This document shows, piece by piece, positions 58,287-64,000 of a stretch of DNA of 64,000 bases. How positions within the stretch are numbered: position 1 is the first letter of the stretch; each line of letters opens with the position of its first letter. The notes beneath the pieces are model-generated. The model was given only the letters and a program-made list of their open reading frames with translations. It was not told the DNA's origin and did not search any database. The translations under genes and the position numbers were made by a program. Origin of the DNA: Rivularia sp. (in: cyanobacteria) (GTDB taxonomy: Bacteria; Cyanobacteriota; Cyanobacteriia; Cyanobacteriales; Nostocaceae); the NCBI GenBank assembly GCA_965225665.1, contig OZ245322.1, positions 1,672,728 to 1,736,727 on the forward strand, given 5' to 3'.

Positions 58287-58735
58287 ACAGATGCAAACAG
58301 TTATATCATTAAGTAATAACAAAACCGTTGGACAAATTTTCTCAACACTGTTATTTAGCGTGCCACCAGCTTTATTTTACAAAACTCTATCTGTAGTTAG
58401 ATACATAGCCTTGATTGGTGCGGGAGGATTGTTTTATTTAAGACTGCAATGCCGGATTATTCTATTGGGCGTGAGTTTTGTAGATTTATTTTAGATTTTA
58501 GATTGTTGAGATAAATGATTTTGTTTATTTAATAAAAACGATTTATAAAAACGATAGTTATTAAGTAAAATATTTTTAACTGATAACTGACTGATAACTG
58601 AAAAATGTGGGATTTAAATAGATTCGTAAAAACTCTTACCTTCTTTGAAGTAATCCCATTACTTAATTGGGTACAGGATTTTTTTAAAGGTGATTTAAAG
58701 GATAGTCCCCAGAGAAATTAATTGGAGCAAAAACA

Positions 58736-60070
58736 GTGGGTGTAGTATTAGTCGCGGGTGCAACGGGTGGTGTTGGTAAACGAGTGGTGCAACGACTTAT
58801 TGATAAAGGCTATAAAGTAAGATGTTTGGTGCGCGATATTGATAAAGCTAGGTCAATTCTTGACGATAAAGTTGATTTAGTGGTTGCAGATATTACCAAA
58901 CCAGAAACTTTAACTTCGCTATTAATGGCAAACGTTCAAGCTGTTATTTGCTGTACTGCGGTACGGGTACAGCCAGTTGAAGGAGATACTCCTGATAGGG
59001 CAAAATATAATCAAGGGGTTAAATTTTATATGCCCGAAGTTGTTGGCGATACTCCAGAAAATGTAGAATATAAAGGCGTAAAAAACTTAGTTGAAGCAGC
59101 TAAAAAATATTTACCCGCTTCAAACGAAAAAATACTATTTGACTTTAATAATCCATCCGTAGATGTCAAAAATGTATGGGGTGCGGTGGATGATGTAGTT
59201 ATGGGTGGTGTCAGTCAAAGTAATATCAAATTATCTTCAGGTACAGCTTTATTTTCCGGAAACGTTTCCACTGAAAACTCCGGTGGATTCGCTTCTGTTA
59301 GAACTAAAAATTTCGATCCTTCCTTTAACTTATCTGGTTACGAAGGCGTTGAAATTCTGGTTAAAGGTGACGGAAAACGCTATAAATTGATCTTGCGTAC
59401 AGAAACAAATTGGGATGGTGTTGGATACTGTTATTCCTTTGATACCCAAGCAGATACTTGGATAAACATAAAGGTTCCTTTTGCAGAATTAATACCAGTT
59501 TTTCGTGCCAAAACTGTAAATGATGCTCCGAGAATTGAATCTAACAAAATTTGTTCTTTTCAATTAATGTTGAGCAAATTTGAATACGACGGAGGATTAA
59601 ATCCGAACTTTTCACCAGGTACCTTTAGCTTAGAAGTCGAAACAATTAAAGCTTACGGAGGAGGAAACTTACCTCAATTTGTTTTAGTTAGTTCGGCAGG
59701 AGTAACTCGTCCGGGAAGACCTGGTATAAACTTAGAAGAAGAACCACCAGCAGTCAAATTAAACGATCAACTTGGAGGCATTCTCACCTGGAAATTAAAA
59801 GGAGAAGATAGTTTAAGACAAAGTGGAATTACTTACACTATAATTAGACCATGTGCTTTAACAGAAGAACCAGGTGGTAAAGAGTTTATTTTTGAGCAAG
59901 GTGATAACATTAAGGGCAAAATTAGCCGCGAAGACATTGCAAAACTTTGTGTACAATCCTTACAGCAACCATTAGCTTGTAATGTCACCTTTGAAGCTAA
60001 AGAAGGAGAAAATAACGCTAATTATATAGATTGGGAAAAACTTTTCAAAACAGTGAGCAGTGAGCAGTGA
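58736..60070 (+). CDS. NAD(P)-binding (NmrA-like) protein with inserted CIA30 domain
   Basis: VAGATGGVG, WGAVDDVVMGGVS, GGFASVR, IIRPCAL; GTG start. Confidence 0.88.
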   Translation: MGVVLVAGATGGVGKRVVQRLIDKGYKVRCLVRDIDKARSILDDKVDLVVADITKPETLTSLLMANVQAVICCTAVRVQPVEGDTPDRAKYNQGVKFYMPEVVGDTPENVEYKGVKNLVEAAKKYLPASNEKILFDFNNPSVDVKNVWGAVDDVVMGGVSQSNIKLSSGTALFSGNVSTENSGGFASVRTKNFDPSFNLSGYEGVEILVKGDGKRYKLILRTETNWDGVGYCYSFDTQADTWINIKVPFAELIPVFRAKTVNDAPRIESNKICSFQLMLSKFEYDGGLNPNFSPGTFSLEVETIKAYGGGNLPQFVLVSSAGVTRPGRPGINLEEEPPAVKLNDQLGGILTWKLKGEDSLRQSGITYTIIRPCALTEEPGGKEFIFEQGDNIKGKISREDIAKLCVQSLQQPLACNVTFEAKEGENNANYIDWEKLFKTVSSEQ

Positions 60071-60174
60071 ACAGTTATCAATTATCAATTATCAATTATC
60101 AAGCTCAAAGCTTAAAATTAAGTAACTCCTAACTCTTAACTACTAACTATTAACTTCTCCCCATCCCCATTTCC

Positions 60175-60525
60175 ATGTTTAAAAAGTTATTACTCACAAT
60201 ACTTTTACTCATTCTTATCTGGGGTGGTTTACTTTCTGATACGGCTTATTCTGGGTTGCTAGAATCACGTCTTAATAATTTAGAATCTGATTTTTACCGT
60301 TTAGAATCCCAAGTAAGCCGTATAGAAACGCAGTTGAATCGAGCGGGTGTTTCCCAACCAAGGATACCAAATAACCCTCTACCATCCCAGCGTCGTTCAA
60401 GAAGATTATCGCAGCAACAGCGTGACAAAATGTTTGATAGACTCGCAACTTTGGTAATTGAATTAAAGCAGGATATCAAGGAATTACAAAAGCGAGTTTC
60501 CCAGTTAGAAAATGCCGATAATTGA
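60175..60525 (+). CDS. Secreted/membrane-anchored coiled-coil hypothetical protein
   Basis: Hydrophobic N-terminus and two heptad stretches. Confidence 0.65.
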   Translation: MFKKLLLTILLLILIWGGLLSDTAYSGLLESRLNNLESDFYRLESQVSRIETQLNRAGVSQPRIPNNPLPSQRRSRRLSQQQRDKMFDRLATLVIELKQDIKELQKRVSQLENADN

Positions 60526-60550
60526 TGAACTTAACAACTAACCCTCTGGG

Positions 60551-60667
60551 TATCTCCCTCCGGGAGACGCTCCGCTAACGGCAGTTGCTACAACGCGGCG
60601 CTACTTTGCTCAACGGAGGGAAACCTCCGCACGCAAGTAGCTTGGGAACCCGCGCAACGCACTGCCT
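60551..60667. repeat. Cluster of nested small dispersed repeats
   Basis: Hairpin element 60551-60579, then GCAGTTGCTACAACGCGG[...]GGGAACCCGCGCAACGCACTGCC interrupted by a related copy. Confidence 0.6.
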
Positions 60668-60692
60668 CACAACTAACCACTAACAACAATTT

Positions 60693-61457
60693 ATGAATCT
60701 TCTTACCTATATCATGCATTTAGCGGGTTCTGGTGCAAGTGCTTATTTTAGCGCTCTGCAAATCCGCGATATTAAAACTCGTCCAAATGTTTTAGCAGGA
60801 TTTCAATTAGCTGAATCTGGCTCGGTTCCTTTTTTAACTAATCTTAGTCAACGTGCTGCTCAAGAAGGCGATACGTGGCTTGCGGAGAAATTAGCCAAGC
60901 ACGCAGAAGACGAAAAGAGACATGGACAAATTTTTGCTCACGCCCTCAAGCAGCTTGATAAAAAAGTTCGAGACTTCAAAACTCAGTCATCAGATAAAAG
61001 CGAAAGCAATACGGATAAAAAGAAATCAAAACAACGTGGTAGTTCCTTTTTTAGCACCTATTATGAAGGCTACGAAGGGGAACAGTTAAAAGCAGAGTGC
61101 ATTGACTGGAATGTGTTTATGGCTAGCACTTACATATTAGAGTTGGATGCAAGTAAAGATTTTGCTCGCATGGCGAAAGCTTTGCCAGAAAATGATGCCA
61201 AAGCCCGTAACCTTAAATTAGGAATGCTCAACATTGCTGAAGACGAAACAACTCATGCAGCATATTTGTATGAAGCAATGCACCGACGAATGAGTGCAAT
61301 TCAAGTACAGCAACTTGTCGATGAATGGCGATCGCGCAAAGTGAATGCTATCACAACATATGTCACAAACAAGTTGCAGGGTACAGATAATACACCTTCC
61401 TTAGCCGAAGATGATAAATCATCAGAAAAAGAAGCCGACGTATTAGCAATTGCTTGA
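60693..61457 (+). CDS. Ferritin-like (di-iron four-helix) domain protein
   Basis: E..S, HAEDEKRH, ELDA and EDETTH carboxylate/His motifs. Confidence 0.8.
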   Translation: MNLLTYIMHLAGSGASAYFSALQIRDIKTRPNVLAGFQLAESGSVPFLTNLSQRAAQEGDTWLAEKLAKHAEDEKRHGQIFAHALKQLDKKVRDFKTQSSDKSESNTDKKKSKQRGSSFFSTYYEGYEGEQLKAECIDWNVFMASTYILELDASKDFARMAKALPENDAKARNLKLGMLNIAEDETTHAAYLYEAMHRRMSAIQVQQLVDEWRSRKVNAITTYVTNKLQGTDNTPSLAEDDKSSEKEADVLAIA

Positions 61458-61464
61458 TCAACGT

Positions 61465-61489
61465 AGAGACGTAGCACTGCTACGTCTCT
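61465..61489. repeat. Palindromic repeat between convergent genes; possible bidirectional terminator
   Basis: AGAGACGTAGC-ACT-GCTACGTCTCT lies between stops at 61457 and 61499. Confidence 0.65.
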
Positions 61490-61498
61490 TCAATTGCG

Positions 61499-61636
61499 TT
61501 AAGCGCCAGAATACATAGTCATCATCGCCAATAATACGACTAAACCACATATCCAAAGCGTTAACATTCCCCAACTAACAGAATCATTCTGTAATTTGCG
61601 CCATAAACCGTTTTTTAAATCATTGCGAATTGCCAT
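61499..61636 (-). CDS. Small single-pass membrane protein, 45 aa (not in the ORF track)
   Basis: MAIRNDLKNGLWRKLQNDSVSWGMLTLWICGLVVLLAMMTMYSGA*; GGAGG ribosome-binding site ends 9 nt upstream of ATG. Confidence 0.6.
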   Translation of the reverse strand: MAIRNDLKNGLWRKLQNDSVSWGMLTLWICGLVVLLAMMTMYSGA

Positions 61637-62152
61637 TTTTATATCCTCCGGTTTTTAGTTATATCTAGTTCCTTTAAATTCTCATAGTTACCATATTTAG
61701 AATATTGCAAATTCTTTTATCCGAATGCTTTCAAAACAGCTTTCGAGAAATATCGTAACTACGATAGTTTATCCAAACTAGACATCAGATTGCCTTGTAC
61801 GCTTAAAAAGCGAATTGATATACAGCACCCGCTATTACAAGCACCGAACAAGAATGTTCCTAGAAAAAAGTTTTTTAATCTCTACTTGTATTCTCCCACA
61901 GGTAATCATTAGCACTCTTTAATTGCCCTGTTTCGCAAGAAATCTTAATGCTGATATTTATCAAAAAAATCTTAAATAAAAGTTACCAGTCATAAGAAAA
62001 AGATACGTGTTTATGATTAAAAATATATAAATTTAAATTAATTATAATTTTACGAAAAACTCTTGTGAAGCATACATCTTATCCGTTCAAAATATGTCTA
62101 TATTCATTTAACTGACTTAATTATTTCATACCAGTTTTTGTCTCTTATTAAC

Positions 62153-62330
62153 AGGACTTACGTTCTTCTGAGCGTGACGCGATAGCGTCATTATTGTCAC
62201 AAATGGTTGTTAGTGGAGCGTGACGCGGTAGCGTCATTGGTGCGTGACGCTACAAGCCTTATTGCTACGTTGAAATTTTCTCAATACGTCACACACCCTA
62301 CAAAAAAAATGTACCAGTTGCGTAAGTCCT
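62153..62330. mobile_element. MITE-like element with AGGACTTACG / CGTAAGTCCT ends containing repeated GTGACGC..TAGCGTCA hairpins
   Basis: 10-bp perfect inverted ends; no clear target duplication. Confidence 0.5.
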
Positions 62331-62539
62331 AATTAAAAAAAAAGACAATCTTGTTAGGGTAAATATAAAATCTTAAACAAACCAAACGCATCCGTTGTTA
62401 AAATCTAAAATCGAATAACATATATTCTTAAAAACCCGCGCAGGCGGTTGATACATATAGCGAGCAAGATGCTTGTTCTGGCGGGACACGCTACGCTAAC
62501 ACACTACGATATATTTTTTAAAAATTAGGATGCTCCCCT

Positions 62540-62700
62540 TGAATTTGTACAAAGTCTACCGTTACATAAAACTTACCCAAAACTACTTATAACTAGACAA
62601 AACTAGACATATAGCAATAAGCGTGTTTACTTCCTGCTTCAAACTGGGGTAGTCGGCTACTTCCCATCCACAGGCTGAAACTGTCTAACTGACAGCCATA
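62540..62700 (-). ncRNA. Predicted TnpB omegaRNA/reRNA (right-end scaffold plus flank-derived guide)
   Basis: GCCTGTGGATGGGAAGTAGCCGACTACCCCAGTTTGAAGCAGGAAG hairpin-rich right end downstream of tnpB. Boundaries are inferred from known TnpB biology. Confidence 0.5.
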
Positions 62701-63912
62701 GATAAATTGATTGCAGCGTTTAAATCCCGGTAAGCAGTAAAATTACAGTTCTCACAAGAAAAAACTCTTTCACTTAAGAAGAGTATTTCTTTTTTATGAC
62801 CACAATTAGAACAAGTTTTAGATGATGGGAACCATCTATCTACTACAACTAATTTAGAACCGTACAACTTACATTTGTATTCAAGTTGTCTTCTAACTTC
62901 ATAAAATCCCATATCAGAAATCGATAAGGCTAGTTTATGATTTTTTATCATACCCGATACATTTAAATCTTCTATCACTATCGTTCCGTGGTTCTTGGCT
63001 AATAATGATGTAAATTTATGGATCGTATCTTTTCTTATATTGGAAATTATTCTATGAAGTCTAGCTATTTTTAGTTGAGCTTTTCTCCAATTCTTAGAAC
63101 CAATTATTTTATTGCGATTTATCCATTGTAATCGTGATAATTTTGTTTTATTTTTACGATATGCTTTCGCTCCTTCTATAACTTCACCTGTCGATAAAGT
63201 CGCTAAGGATTTGACACCTAAATCAACTCCTACAACAGTTGTATTATAATTTTCTCGGATTTGGGTATCAATCTTAAAGCTAATAAACCATCTATCAGCT
63301 TGTCGGGATATCGTTACAGATTTTATTTTATCTAGTTGGGGTAATTTCTCATATGTTCTTAATTTTCCTATTCTTGGAACTTGAATAGTAAAACTGTCTA
63401 TAGTCTTACAAATTCCCTCTAAAGTAAATGAATCATTTTTTCCTTTCTTCTTAAATCTTGGTTGACCACTAATTTTTTTAAAGCATCGTTTCCAAGCGGT
63501 AGATAAATCTCTTAATGCCGATTGTGGTGCAGACTTTGAACACTCATAGTACCAAGGGTTTTCGGGTTTGACTAAAGCCACTAAATATTTATGTAAATCA
63601 ATCGCACTTGGAAATTTTATTTTAGAATCGGGATTAATTTTATTGTTTTCTAATATTGCGCTGGTTAATGCTAATCCCCAATTCCAAGCATGTCTAGAAA
63701 CTCCACAATGTTTGAGTAAAACAGTTTTTTGATTGTTATTTAATTTTAATTCTGTCTTAAATCCGAGTAACATTGTATAAAATTTACGTTTTCAAGTTTT
63801 ATAAATAAAAACCATCTATCTTTTAGATTATTAGATATAAACATATCATCCTTATTACTATCATTAATAGTATAAATGTTAAAGTTATTAATTCTTAAAA
63901 TTCAATTGGCAG
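62559..63912 (-). mobile_element. Non-autonomous IS607-type element carrying tnpB only
   Basis: Both junctions read AACGG on the minus strand (GG core typical of IS607). Only ~140 bp lie upstream of tnpB, so there is no tnpA. Confidence 0.7.
62685..63773 (-). CDS. tnpB: RNA-guided endonuclease TnpB
   Basis: MLLGFKTEL...RHAWNWGL HTH; RuvC residues GVDLG, VIEDL and RDLNAAINL all intact; CSNCG...CENC Zn finger. Confidence 0.93.
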   Translation of the reverse strand: MLLGFKTELKLNNNQKTVLLKHCGVSRHAWNWGLALTSAILENNKINPDSKIKFPSAIDLHKYLVALVKPENPWYYECSKSAPQSALRDLSTAWKRCFKKISGQPRFKKKGKNDSFTLEGICKTIDSFTIQVPRIGKLRTYEKLPQLDKIKSVTISRQADRWFISFKIDTQIRENYNTTVVGVDLGVKSLATLSTGEVIEGAKAYRKNKTKLSRLQWINRNKIIGSKNWRKAQLKIARLHRIISNIRKDTIHKFTSLLAKNHGTIVIEDLNVSGMIKNHKLALSISDMGFYEVRRQLEYKCKLYGSKLVVVDRWFPSSKTCSNCGHKKEILFLSERVFSCENCNFTAYRDLNAAINLSMAVS

Positions 63913-64000
63913 CCGTTGGCAACCATTAGTAGAATAAACAACCTTTAACCATCGCTTTACTGTAAAGCTCGCCGTGGGGAGTATCCCCACGGCAGACTTT

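Noticed and set aside
63774-63912. Possible tnpA upstream of tnpB
   Set aside because: Only ~140 AT-rich bp lie inside the inferred left end, with no serine-recombinase or Y1 motif.
1-64000. tRNA, rRNA or riboswitch genes
   Set aside because: I recognised none by eye; a covariance-model scan would be needed to exclude them.

Overview
Chromosomal window of an AT-rich filamentous cyanobacterium. About 20 HIP1 GCGATCGC sites, heptamer STRR arrays and many small dispersed palindromic repeats point to a Nostocales (Rivularia/Calothrix-like) genome; this assignment is inference. Housekeeping genes (labA, leuA, cbpA-cbpM, recQ-like, pheS, surE, ribF, moxR) are interleaved with a large set of minus-strand sensory kinases. 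These comprise hybrid His kinases, two ~1800-1950 aa Ser/Thr kinase-AAA-GAF-His kinases and two multi-PAS His kinases (12.5-34.9 kb and 49.2-55.7 kb). All seven kinase transcription units carry a TGGGAATACT-type box upstream on the coding strand, matching the SigJ 'J-box' of hormogonium development. Other notable items: a candidate three-part envelope signalling module (secreted protein / FecR protein with a long Pro-Thr tail / CHASE2-Ser/Thr kinase), a hybrid kinase paralog with its receiver domain cleanly deleted, a D-to-E receiver, small DNA repeats inserted in frame in signalling proteins, a SMI1/KNR4-DUF6745 fusion, and a tnpB-only IS607-type element inserted into one arm of an inverted repeat. 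At least 15 frameshifts, including in pheS and leuA, are each repaired by removing 1-2 bases from a short homopolymer. They are treated as assembly errors and the split ORFs are rejoined below.
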